From Lytechinus pictus (Eukaryota), in assembly GCF_037042905.1 (NCBI RefSeq), contig NC_087263.1, positions 1,488,001-1,552,000 on the forward strand: a DNA stretch of 64,000 nt, read 5' to 3'. Below the pieces are notes generated by a model. The model saw only the letters and a list, made by a program, of their open reading frames with translations, was not told the DNA's origin and did not search any database. Every line of letters starts with the position of its first letter. Position 1 is the stretch's first letter. The position numbers and the translations under genes are program-made. Positions 1 through 12,600 of the stretch are shown here, piece by piece.

Positions 1-226
1 GTAAATACGATAAGTTAAAATACAATATTTTATGAGAATAATAATAAGATGGTAAGTAATAGCGAGATATAATAAAAAGATGACAGAGATACAGGACGAT
101 ACTTAAAACTCAAAAGAAAACAAAGACATGATGAAGAATAGAGGGGAGAGAGAAGGAACAAAGTACTGAAAGGGGAGCGAGAGAGGGAGGGCAAAGATAA
201 GTGGGGAGAGACAGAGAGAGAGGGAG

Positions 227-265
<39 letters not shown>

Positions 266-304
266 TATATATGTAGAGAGAAAGGGTCAGAAAGAGAGAG
301 GGGG

Positions 305-1412
305 CAGTGGCGTACCGTGGGTCACGGCATTGGGGGGGCACCAGCAAAAAAATTTGAGTCACTTAGGGAGCGCGCGAAGCGCGCTCAGTTGCCAGGTATA
401 CTGACCTAATAGAGACATTTTAAGGACAAGCAGTGCCATTAAACAGATATTTATCTCACTGATTAGATAATGCGAGCGCGAAGTGCGAGCTGAAAATTGT
501 TGATATTCAGACCTAAAAAAGGACATTATAAGCAAGTTTTTTGTAATCATGATCCGTCTCGCTAAACAAACAATGCGAGCGCGAAGCGCGAGCTGAAATT
601 TTTGTATACATTGACCCAAACAGGGACATTTTAAGGACTATATTTTAGGAATCCATTTAGAGTATAAATATCTCAGCATAGTAATCTAATGCTAGTGCAA
701 TCCTTTGCTGATTTTGTTAGAATTACATCTAAACACATGAAGCACTTTTTGTAGTCATTGTAATCATGATTATCATACGCATCTCACTAATCAAATACTG
801 CGAGCGCGAAGGCTTGTTTGTAGGAATTCACGAAGACCGTACGTATTTTACTAACCAAATGATGCGAGTGCGAAGCGCGAGCTGAAAATTTTTGATATTC
901 AGATCAGAAAAATTGACAATTTAAGGACAGATTTTATGAATTTATGAAGAGCAGACATCTCACCAATCAACTAATGCGAACGTTAGCACGGACAGGAAAT
1001 GTTTTATATTAAGACCTTAAAATAGGGCAATCACTTTAAGTAGCCATGAAAAAGAAGCAAATGTCACTACATAAAACAATAATAACTCGAATTGCGAGTA
1101 AATATATTTGGTGTATATTGTTTTGAAAACGGCAGGTTTTAGTACAACAGGATCATATATCCCGTTAAACAGTCTATGCGAGCACCAGGAACAATGAAGA
1201 CATAGGCCCTTAGCAAATAATGTTTCATAACGTTATGAAAAAATGCTTCTCATGTAATATAACATAACATAATATAATATAACATTTCAATGAACAATAA
1301 TTTATTCTTTCCCCACTACGTTTCTCTTCCTTTCTCCCTCTTTTTCTCCTTTTCCCCGTTTTTTTTTTTTTTTTTTTTTTTTTTGCCAGCCGATGGGGGG
1401 GGGGCACGTGCC
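305..1412. mobile_element. Non-autonomous DNA transposon (CAGTGGCGTA-type end) with internal GCGAGCGCGAAGCGCGAGCTGAAA repeats
   Basis: Starts cagtggcgtaccg. The internal motif recurs near 370, 473, 575, 800 and 865. The right end appears truncated by the adjacent LINE. Confidence 0.55.
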
Positions 1413-1439
1413 CTAACTTAATAGCGTGACTTAATAGCG

Positions 1440-4200
1440 TGCTTATACAATACTAAAAATATACAAACTAATTAATTACTTTGGTAAGACAGTAGCAGAA
1501 ATATTTTTAGTTTTCTCTTAAAGGAGTGGATGGAGCGGGCCTGTTGAACATTTTTATGGAGGGAATTCCAAAATTTGGGGGCGGTGAAAATAAAAGTATT
1601 TTAAGCAAAACGAGTTATAGGTAGATGAAAGTTATCGGCTTGTCTGGTAGGATATCTATGAAAATTGTTATTTTGAGAAAACACATCATGAAATGCAAAA
1701 GGAACCATACTGTTTTTATTAATGTACATAAACTGTCCAAGCTGAAATTGGTATAAGTCTTGAATCTTTAAAATTTTATATTAAAAGAAAAGCGGATCAG
1801 TGTGAGAACGGGGGTGTGAGAATGAATACGAAGGGCCTTTTTTTGTAATAATAATATTTTGTTAAGTAAACTTTGGTGGGTATTGCCCCAAACAAGGATC
1901 CCATAGTTGATATATGGTAATATAGGAGAAGAATATAATGCGAGTAGAGAAGTAACAGGAATTAACGTTTTCAACCTATTTATGATGCCTATATTTCGGG
2001 ATATTGTTTTACAATTATTATCAATATGGCATTTCCAGGAGAGTTTTTTTTTTTTCTACATGAACTCCCCAAAAATTAATTGAGGAGACACTTTCCAATT
2101 GAAATCTTCAATAAAAATGTCAACAGGTAAATTTGAAAAAATGTTATTATCATTCAAAAAATTAATTGTTCGGGTATATATGAGTTTCTCCAGAATTTTA
2201 GAAAGACATGGTAGTAGGGAGATAGGTCGATAATTGCTAATATTTAGTCTATCTCCTTTCTTATAAATGGGAATGACTTTTGCAATTATCATGGAATCAG
2301 GAACTTGTCCATGAAGTAAAGACAAATTGAAAATGTAAGCAAGAGGATCAACAATAAATGGAATTATAGTTGTAAGTATAACGTTATTGATATCATCATA
2401 ACCAGAGCTTCTTTTATTATCAAGATTAGAAACAATATCCATAATTTCATGAGGGGATGTCGGGGTCAAATATATTGAATTTGGATTGGGTGTGCCAAGA
2501 AATTCGGTGAATTGTTTGTATGAGGGCGCTATATTCATAGCCAGGTTATTTCTGATCAATGAAAAATGGTCATTAAATATATTAGCGATGTTGAGAGGCT
2601 GTTGAATAATCTCGTTGTTTGATTTAACTTCTGAAATAACATCTTTATTTTCTGAGACATTCATAGCTTGCTTGAGAATTTTCCAAGTGTTTCGCATATC
2701 ATGTTTATGTAGTTGTAATTTATTTCGAAGTATCTTTTCTTTTCGATACGAATGATTTTAGTCAAAGTGTTTTTATAAGATGTGTATTTCAATTTGGTAT
2801 TTTCCGTTACTTTTGCTTTATATTTATAATAAAAATTATTTTTTCGATTAATTGGATTTGGAAATCCAAGGTAGTCTCGGGGACTTTTTATAATTCATCT
2901 TGTCATTTCTCCGTTTAGGAAGGTGAATGTCAAATTGACCTAAAAGCAACTCGCAAAATTTATCGTAACAAGAGTTAACCTCTTCTATGTCATAAATACA
3001 ATATAATAATAATATAATAATATAGAGTATTTATATTGCGCACATATCCACCTTGTTAGGTGCTCATGGCGCTCTTATATTACTCGGCTAAGCTAGGCGT
3101 TCATAGCGCACACAGCTTTTTAAGGAATTACTTCCTACCGGAAGACCAATCCATACTTTCAAGACTAGCACTTAATCTGTTTAAATTGCTTGGATTGACG
3201 CTACCTCGTGAGGAACAAGCACCTCGTCGAAAAGACGGTTGTGCTAGTTTGTAAGAAGTCATAATAGGATAATGATCGGTAATATCGGACAAAATTATGC
3301 ATAAATCAGGATGAGGTATAATTAGAGAAGATGTTGTCAATTAGCGTAGCAGATAAGTTTGCGACACGAGTTGGTTTGGAGACAAGTGGTAGGAAAGAGG
3401 CCGCTAAGAAAAATTCAACGAGCTCGTGTGCAATGTTATTGTTTGTAAATTTTAGTATATTTATATTGAAGTCCCCCATAATAAAACAATCTTTGTTGGT
3501 AAGAGTGGAACAATTTAACAAGTCAGATAAATACGAGGTAAAATAATTTGCATTGGAATTTGGAGGTCGATAAACGACACCTACAATTACATTCCTGGCA
3601 CCAGATATTTCAATTTCTATAAAAAGGACTCAATAAATTCATTGACAATAGAAATGTCCTCATGGAAAGAATAGCGAAAACTGTGATGAATGTATAGAGC
3701 AACGCCTCCACCTGTTCTACCCACTCTGTTTTTGTTATGGGAGGATAGTGTCCTGTGATAGCCATGTCTCTGTAAGACAAAGGTTTTGGAATTGGATTAT
3801 TCAAAATTAAGTGTAGGTCATCAAAGTGCTTACTCAAGCTTCTTATGTTCAAATGAAGTAAGGAGAATGCATCGGATTGAAGCTTCTTAACAATGTCGTT
3901 AAATTGAAAAATAGTTACGTATTTACAAAGGGAAGTATGTGCAGGATCATTGCTATCGAATTCAAATTGAAGTTCTTCAGCCGATTAGTTGATGATGTCA
4001 GTAATGAAATTATTGTATGTACCTGTATAGGGTTTGAAGGAGTTATGTAAGTGGGTGGAGATCTAAACAAATCAAACAATTCGTCATCTGTAAGAGTATT
4101 AAAAGCTAAATCAGTATTCACACTGGTCATTTGGAGCAAGGAATTATAATATGTTGAAGAGAATAGTTGCCAGAACTGAATAGCCATTATTCGTGCTTTC
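1440..4200 (-). mobile_element. Degenerate CR1/L2-clade LINE (endonuclease plus partial RT, internally deleted)
   Basis: EN motifs NIRSL, YRPP, IMGDFNIN, TLIDNIF and DHYPI. RT N-terminus AKVIPIYKKGD/NYRPISLL (2056..2697). C-terminus LPYINYGILVWG..LQKKALR (1768..1974). The QGS/YADD core is missing. Confidence 0.9.
3004..3141 (-). mobile_element. 5'-truncated SINE/L2-type 3' tail with (TTA)n end
   Basis: tatttatattgcgcacatatccaccttgttaggtgctc next to (aat)n. The same tail recurs at 15886, 17357, 18829, 20296 and ~33199. Confidence 0.65.
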
Positions 4201-6214
4201 TTTGATCGAGGGGTAAAGCAACATGAAGAAGGGGGGGGGGGGTGATAGAGTGAGAGAGAGACTGAGTGTGTGTGTAAGAAAGAGTGAGAAAACGAAAGAA
4301 TTAAGAATGAAATAGAGAGCAAGAGAATGAAAATGAGAGAGAAAGGTTTAGAGGGGTAAGAAATCGGACGAGGGACAATGTCTTACAAAAAGACAAACAC
4401 AAATTCAGGTAAAATGGAAGGAAGGGAATTAAAGAAGAGGGCGAAAGTGAAAATGATGAAAAGAAGACAAAACAAAAACAACAGAATAAAATCGAGATGG
4501 GGCACAGTTAAAAGGTGACTACTAGATGTGTAAACAAAGAATGTAATGAATGCAACAGAGAACGATCACGTGTAAAACTGAAATAATATAAACTGCGGAT
4601 ACCCCATGGGGAGAGAGAGAGCAAGTTGCTTTAAAAAATACCTAAAACAAGTGTATGGACCGACTAGGCCCGGCATATCTTTATAAGTAAATCAAACTTA
4701 AATTTTACGGAATGTGATTAGAATTACAACGCCATGTACAATAAATTTCCATAAGGTTTATTTTCTTTTCTTTTCGGGGGGGGGGGGTTACAAAAAAGCA
4801 TCTGCCTTATAGCAATGAACTCAGGTTGAAAGACTTAACATATGATCATTCAGTTGATGGGGAAAATATAACAATAATTTATTAATTTATAAAGAGTAGA
4901 GCTGAGGATTCCTTTCGATTTTTAATACATTACACATGGTGTATTGTAAGAGAATTCACGAATTATGACAATTCTGACAAGCAAATAAAGGGTTTGCTAT
5001 GGTTTCAACGCAATTTCAATCTATAGTTATACTATACTCAAGGCTAGCGTACTTATGTCACAAAGCACTATCGAGGAATAATGAGCACGCCATATATCAT
5101 TTGGAACGTACAGAGCTTAATTTGAAACAGTTCTTTTGCATTATCACAACATTGATAGTTCATTTTCCATGGATTTAGGCTGTGACAAAGCATGTCTATC
5201 GTCTCCTATACATCAATGTGTTGAGAATGATAACTTAATGAAATTCATTTGTCGTATTGGTAAATCAAAGTTGTCGCCGATTAATATGTTATCTTTAGCT
5301 TTGCTTTCTGATTCATCTCAATAATACGAATTGTTTTGACAATATCTGGTTTGTAATTGAAATAAAATATGTTTAGGTTAGAATTTATACAATTTGCAAA
5401 GTAAGACAAACAAATTGTCATCCGAAGTAAGGAGGTTTCCATCAATAATGGAAAAGCTAATTTATTCATATCCTTTTATTATGCGCAATAAATGAAGAAT
5501 ATATACAATCAAACTTCTAGTTACTTCATCAAAGACCCTAAGCTACAATACAAGTTAGATTTCAAATTTTAAATAGATTATTCAGCATCATCAGAATTTG
5601 CAATTGATATATAGGCCTATAATATATACATAAAGCAGTTCAAATCTATATGATAATAAAATCATCATTTCTTTCTGCATTATATACAAGTTCTGCAGTC
5701 AAATACATATTTCTTCAAATAAATACATTTGAAGTAATAAATTTCAGCTGTCAAAAATGCATACAAAATTGTTTTTACTTAAATTCAAATAGTTCAATAT
5801 ATTTTAGATTAAGTCACACAGAGTTTTAATAATTTTTATAAAACCTAAAAAAAAATTGTTCATTAAATATTCAGCATCACCTATTACTTACATATGTAAA
5901 ATAAAAATACATCAACTTATATTAGTTCTTGTATACATTAAATGGCAATATTTCATATATAATCTCATAGAAAAACAAAATTCAGAATAAGTTATTCAAT
6001 TATTATTTTTCTTCTTGTAACGCACCATTGAAGTATCGGGGAGGTGAATTAACTCCAAATAGTTTTGTAAAAATATTGTATTTTTAATAAAGACTTGTAA
6101 CGCATTTTACACCGTCATACCCTCTCTTTCTTCATATATAGTTTCATCTACCAAGCCAATTAATATTTTCTTTGATTGGAAAACTAGATTATAAAAAGAT
6201 AATAAGATAATATA

Positions 6215-6380
6215 ATAAATAACATTAATGAAGCTCCGATTATCTAGTCTAGTTGCCTTTATCTCCTACTGCTAAGAGGCGTTTGGTGCATTCAAGGAAT
6301 TGATGTCGGGTACCAATTCATCTCACCTGGGTGGAGTGAACACAATGTGGGTTAATATATTGCTGAAGGAAAACACACCA
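6215..6380 (-). mobile_element. Probable SINE fragment in the deaminase 3'UTR
   Basis: gggtaccaattcatctcacctgggtggagtg resembles a common invertebrate SINE core in reverse orientation, with an (aat)-rich tail on its left. Confidence 0.4.
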
Positions 6381-6716
6381 TCTCTCGTTAATTGTTGTAA
6401 TATGCCGTTACTGCATAGCAAAGAAGTTTCAAGAATATTTTTGAATAAATTTTGAATGCTAAAATGCATCCTTATTATTGATTCATAGCCATCCTTTTAT
6501 GGTTGCTAATGAAAATGAGTTGCCTCGCAACCGTTGCTATAATACTCAGTTTATTTCGGCGCAACCCCTGAAAATGTTATTGTGAACCTGTGTGCCAAGT
6601 TTTTCCTAAATTTTCCATTAATTTAGATAAGGTATTAACAGCTACTACATGTAGCAGTCTCTCCTCTGCTATTATGTGCAAAGATTCATGCTTTTAGCAC
6701 AATATAAATATCAATT

Positions 6717-7824
6717 TCATAAAAGCATTGAATATAAATACTCAGTCAACATATCTTCAGCGGCGTCTCTTTCTTCCTGAAGAGGTGGTTGACGAGGAGG
6801 CTGTCCAGGAGGTGGAACATGAGGGCGACGAGGTATCGCTGACTGTAGCTCATATTCATCTTCTTCTCCGTCATATTCATCTTCTTCTCCTTCATATTCA
6901 TCTTCTTCTTCGTCATATTCATCTTCTTGTCCGTCATATCCATCTTCTTCTCCGTCATATTCATCTTCTTCTTCGTCATATTCATCTTCTTCTCTGTCAT
7001 ATTCATCTTCTTCTCCGTCATATTCATCTTCTTCTCCGTCATATTCATCTTCTTCTCCGTCATATTTATCTTCTTCTATATATTCATCTTCTTCGTTATA
7101 TTCATCTTCTTCTCCGTCATATTCATCTTCTTCTCCGTCATATTCATCTTCTTCTTCATCATCTTCATCTTCTTCGCGCATTTTATTGTAATCCTTCATC
7201 ATCCATTCATCCTCCCAGTCACGCCACTTTCCGTACCACGTTCCATTACGAATGGCGTCCAGGTCTGTCAGGTTATGCGTCTCATCTATTTCCTGCATCT
7301 GTATGTCGTACTTGGTCAGTATCCATACCAGCTCGTCCCAGTCTTTCTTTTCGAAAGGTGACGCACGTAACTCAATAAGTTTGGGGAATGAGTTGTTTGT
7401 TTTGCAGCATATAACACATGACGGTCTTTTTATCCTATAGAATCCACTAAATCTAATCGTTACTTGTTTAAACAAGCGCTGAAGTTCCTTGAGTAGAGTG
7501 CTGCATTTATGACCTTCGTCATTACATGGCGAATAGTTTATGAACAGTTTAATGTTTGCATCATCTGGATATCCCTTTTCCTCGATGCGTTTGAGCAAAA
7601 TCTCCTCTGCGTGTAACCCACCCGGCTCGTTCCTTTCTATGATCACGTGCCTACTAACTCTGAAGTCTGTATCATCATCACCGGTGGGCTCGGTCTTGGT
7701 GATGAGACAGACGCATACAGCATGGATGTCTTTCCACTTCGCAAACCGACCCCCATACGGATGCAGGTTGCACTCAATAAACTGTTTCAGGATCTTCCAG
7801 CCATTTGAGTCTTCGTCATGAGCC
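6717..7824 (-). CDS. Terminal coding exon of an AID/APOBEC-like (APOBEC4-like) zinc-dependent cytidine deaminase with an acidic repeat tail
   Basis: The open frame (ORF 6717..7958) has N-x5-HAEE (His codon 7613-7611), LFINYSPCNDEGHKC (Cys codons 7526-7524 and 7505-7503), IRFSGFYRIKRPSC and FEKKDWDEL. A strong acceptor (tttttatttctttcctccAG, AG at 7826-7825) precedes it, giving a phase-2 intron. The ORF-track Met at 7958 lies inside a MITE, so the first ~45 aa are probably intronic. Confidence 0.85.
6849..7175 (-). repeat. Coding 21-bp tandem repeat, ~15 units, encoding (EEDEYDG)n
   Basis: The plus-strand unit tcatattcatcttcttctccg is repeated in frame within the deaminase ORF without stops. 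Confidence 0.95.
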
Positions 7825-7891
7825 CTGGAGGAAAGAAATAAAAAATGCATAACATTTACTAGACGCACAGGAAAATTTTTATGTATTAATA

Positions 7892-8029
7892 CCTTGGTCA
7901 CATTTGCTCTACGGCGGCCGTACGACGAGTCGAAAACAGCCGTTTTATTCATTTTCATTCAAATCACTATAATGTATAGCTGGTACAAAAAATGTTAAAA
8001 CGGCTGTCGTAGAGCAAATGTGACCGAGG
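7892..8029. mobile_element. MITE flanked by TA
   Basis: TIRs ccttggtcacatttgctctacg / cgtagagcaaatgtgaccgagg, with TA on each side. Confidence 0.8.
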
Positions 8030-8058
8030 TATAAGGGACCAATTAGTCGGTGAGATCT

Positions 8059-8277
8059 GGCCCTTGTTACAAAGAGTTATGATTGATCCAATGGATGGCC
8101 AGTAACGTCAATATCTACATGAATGTTTTCTAAATATGATGTATATTAGATTCATACATTCGTTTTCTTGAAAATCAATGTGCTTCTCTTCATTGTTTAC
8201 AAAGGAAAGCAATCACGATGGATTTTCATGCAGTTGTGGTTGATCGGATCAATCGTAACTTTGGAAAGCAGGGCCCT
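8059..8277. mobile_element. MITE with imperfect TIRs
   Basis: ggcccttgttacaaagagttatgattgatcc ... ggatcaatcgtaactttggaaagcagggcc. Confidence 0.65.
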
Positions 8278-8369
8278 GAGCTGAAGTTTTGTTATCATGA
8301 ACAAGTTGCGTAGATGTATGTAAATAAAGAATTGATGCAAAAGTGAAGCGTGAGTACATATATATGTAT

Positions 8370-8372
<3 letters not shown>

Positions 8373-8436
<64 letters not shown>
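8373..8436. repeat. (TA)n microsatellite
   Basis: About 30 TA units. Confidence 0.98.
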
Positions 8437-8439
<3 letters not shown>

Positions 8440-8504
8440 TTTAAAGAATAGCTATTATCTGTTCACTGTAGTCATTAACCCCTTACATTGTGTCTTTTGT
8501 TTGT

Positions 8505-8820
8505 TTCCGGCCAGCCATTAAATGGTATTACGACGCAGCTACGCAAGCACCGTGATGTCATAGAATTACCATTATTGCACCGTCGGTATTGCACCACCGT
8601 TGTGTCATCGCCGCGTATCGGGATGACTTCCGGTCGATCACACGACGCAGCGACGTTGCACGGGCATATGATACGATGCACAAAAAAAAACATTGCACCA
8701 CCGTGGCGCAATTGTCACGTGTAGGATACGATGCACAAAACAGACGTATGATTTCTGCACAGTTTCCTATTGAAAAAGTGATCTTTCTCCGCCTATATAC
8801 CAGCAGATATGTCAAGGGTC
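8505..8820. mobile_element. Diverged fragment of the Maverick-derivative arm (subterminal region)
   Basis: Matches ~49560-49960 (ttccggccagccat..aatggtattacgacgcag..gcaccaccgtggcgcaat..taggatacgatgcacaaaa). Confidence 0.85.
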
Positions 8821-9656
8821 ATTCTCAGAAAAATGCTACAATTGATGTGGGAAAAATCGTAAAAATGAAGTCTACAGAATGGGTTGAAAAATACATATTG
8901 TGAAAGTACCATGTATGAGAAAGTGGCAACAGAAAAGGGGCAAGTCGCTGTTGCGTCAATTTGAAGTACTGACCGGATTAACTCGAGCACTGTATATCAA
9001 CGTTACGGAGGTTAATCGTTAGCATTGCTCACTTATGTTACTCAATTAAATCACTTTTGAAATGATTGAAATAGAAATGCACACCATTTAGTTTTAGTGT
9101 GGTATCAATAATTTTATTTACTGAAGCCAAAATGTTTGCAAGATAGAAAAAATATTCAATATTGTTTTTCAGAAGCAGGATTTTACCAAATAACATTTAA
9201 CAAAAAGTACCATGAAAATCATCGCACATCTTTCGTTCAGTTTAATGTTCATAATTTGAATGAGGCCACCTTAAAATAACTTTCATCCATAACCTTAGAT
9301 CCTAAGTAATGCATGACCAATGCTGGGAATCCAAAGATAGTTTACCATTAAATCCTCTCGATGGCATTAAACCTTGTCAACATTCGTTACGGAAGTTAAA
9401 ATCAAATTACAAATTGCAATATTTATTTTGTTAGCTTAGGAACATCCATATTAAGGTATTGGTATAACATTTTTTATTTCTTTATTGAAGATGAATGTGG
9501 AACGCATTGCTTAATTTTCCCACCCCCCCCCCCCCCCAAAAAAAAAAAAAATGTTAAAAACACAACAGGAAACGGACAACTGTCATTTTTGTTGTCGTAC
9601 TTGTTCACAGTTGGAATGAGAAAACCGAACAACCGGGCAACAGAATTGTAGTTTAT

Positions 9657-12600
9657 TGTAGCGAACCAGTCCGCTACGGTTTTTGGTTATAATGCAGTAA
9701 ACGTAGATGGCGCTATAGCATTTGGTGCGTTAGAACTCAATGATCGACTTACGCAACGCACTGCGTAAGGCAGCTCTCGGGGACTATAAATAGCGGAGTT
9801 TCGCAGTAGAAACCCTTCGCAAAGCAGGCCGAAATCAAAAAGCCAAAAACCCAGTTCCTTGGTGGACACTAGAATACCAAGAAGCAATTAAAGAAAGAAA
9901 TAAATATAGAAATCGATTAAATAGACATTTTAGAAAGGAGGACTTGGAAATGTATCGAAAAAGAAAGCGTATGCCCAAAAAATAAAGAGACGAACACAAA
10001 AGGAATACTGGTTAAATTACTGTCAGTCTTTGAAGAGAACATCCAACTTAGGAAAAGTATGGGAAATGGTAAAAGGACTACAAAATGGTTCTGTCTCAAA
10101 ACATATATTTCCCAATTTATTAACAGAAAACAATACACCAGTAGCTAATGCTCAAGAAAAGGCAGAATTGGTTGCTAAGGCTTTTAAAACGATAGACAAT
10201 CGATTAGACAATGACGAGATTATTAGAAGAAATTCATGTGAAAATTTAATACAAAATACGATCAAAGAAAGCTGCTCCTCTGAATCACCTCTTGATGATG
10301 AATTTACATATGATGAATTAACAAGCGCTGTTAAAGAAATGAAAAATTCTGCAGCAGGAACAGATGGAATCAAACCAATTATGATACAACACCTACCGAA
10401 AATAGCTCTTTAGTTCATATTAGTTTTAGTAAACAATATTTGGAATTCCTCAATTCTACCCTCAGATTGGCATTATTCTACCCAGATCCCTGTACTTAAA
10501 CCAGGCAAAGACCCAACAAACCCTTCTTCATATCGACCTATTTCCTTGACATCAACTTTCTCCAAACTGATGGAAAGAATGGTTAAAAATAGACTTGTAT
10601 GGTTTATGGAGCGATGCAGTATCCTGACACCAACACAGGCAGGATTTAGAAAAAATTGAAGTTCTTTAGATCAGCTCCTTAGATTAGAAACGGACATACA
10701 GAAAGGATTAGCTAACAAGGAGTATGTCCTAGTTATTTTCATTGACCTTGAAAAGGCATACGACCTTTTATGGAGAAAGGGAATAGTATTTAAATGTCAT
10801 CAAGCTGGTATAAAAGGAAAAATGTTACAGTGGATTAATTCATTTTTACAAGATCGATATTGCAAGGTAAAAATTAATGGCCAGTTATCTTCACAATTTG
10901 TTCTGGAAAATGGAACGCCCCAAGGTAGTGTTATTAGTCCAATTTTGTTCAATTTAATGTTGAATGATCTAAAACTGATAGAAAAATCTGTTAAAATCTC
11001 TATGTATGCCGATGATATTGCAGTATGGTGCTCAGGCAGAAATCTTGACTTTTTACAAAAGAAAATGCAAAAAGCTATAAAAGAAATTGAACAGTGGTGC
11101 TCAACCTGGAGTATGATTATTTCACCTCAAAAGTCTGCTGTTATGATTTTTACCAATAGGCAGCATATAGAGGTAAATATTAAGGTTAAAGATAACTCTA
11201 TACCACAATACAAAGAATATAAGTTTCTGGGTATTTGGTTTGATGTGAAACTCACCTGGAAAAAGCACATCGATTATATAAAACTCAGATGTTCAAAAAG
11301 AATCAATTTGTTACGGTGTATAGCAGGAACAAGTTGGGGAAATAATAAAACGATTCTTTATATAATATACAAAGGTCTTATTAGATCCATATTAGACTAC
11401 GGATGTGAGTTATACGGCTCGGCTAGCCTTTCGCTAAAACAAGAATTAGATTCAATCCAATATCAGTCACTGAAAATAATAACTGGTGCAGTATATAACC
11501 CTGCCCTTGAAGCACTACAGGTAGAATGTGGTGAAAGACCTTTACAACTAAGAAGAGAACTGTCTGTTGACAAATACATGTTTTATCTTTTAACAAACAG
11601 AGATAGTCATCATCCTACTTTAGAAATTATTGAACCTTCCTGGTATACTGATACATTTACTTGGAAATCAGGTCGTGGACCCTTTGTAGTCAGAGCATGT
11701 AAGCCAAATGAAGAGATCCAAATTGAACAACTAAGCCAAAGAATATTACGAGAACCTTTTTGGTCATATGAAATACCTAGTATATCTTACTATATCCATA
11801 AGATTATCAATAAACAACGTAACTTAGTACAAGATATGAAAAACTGTGTCTCAGAAAGGATACATACAAGATGGAAAGGTCACTTAAATATCTACACTGA
11901 TGGATCAAAACAAGAAGACAAGAGAACCGGCTCTGCTTTTTATATACCAGAACTGGATATTAAAAGATTCTATAGATTAAATTCTGTAAGTATAATGAGA
12001 GCCGAATTAACAGCAATAGTAATGGCACTTGATTGGCTAGGAGATAACAGAGGTATGTCCGTGGTAATTTTTACAGATTCGTTGTCTGCTCTTCAAGCAC
12101 TTGAAAGCAATCGTATACAAAACAATCTTATTGTTGATATCTTGTATAAAATCAAAGTTTTACAATTATCAGATATTTATGTCAATTTTGAATGGATACC
12201 ATACCATTGTGGTATTAACGGGAACGATGTGGCAGACCTTTTAGCAAAAAAAGGAACATCAAAAGAACAAGTTGAATTAAACATTCCATATATCAAAGAG
12301 GAATGGAAAACCCACATGTCTTTGATTTATAAAGAAATCTGGCAGGCTCAATGGGTATCCTCATCTAAAGGAAGACATTTATTTAGCATCCAACCCAACG
12401 TGGCAGATACAATTAGTTATCAAGGTCTCATTCGGTTTGAAGAGACTATGTTACACCGTTTAAGACTCGGAAAATGTAAATTGAATTATTATCTGTATAA
12501 ATTTAATCAACATGAAAATGGTCTATGTTCCCATTGTCAGGTTCCTGAGACAATAGAACATTTTTTACTACAATGTAAGAAATATGAAAGTGGAAGAAGA

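Noticed and set aside
6728-7378. Alternative-frame and antisense ORFs (HIHLLLR, MTEKKMN and IFIFFSV repeats)
   Set aside because: They are shadows of the 21-bp coding repeat; only the acidic frame is continuous with the deaminase domain.
7825-7958. N-terminal 45 aa of the 413-aa ORF, which would imply an intronless gene
   Set aside because: The start codon lies in a MITE, and the segment ends in a polypyrimidine tract plus AG, so it is better explained as intron.
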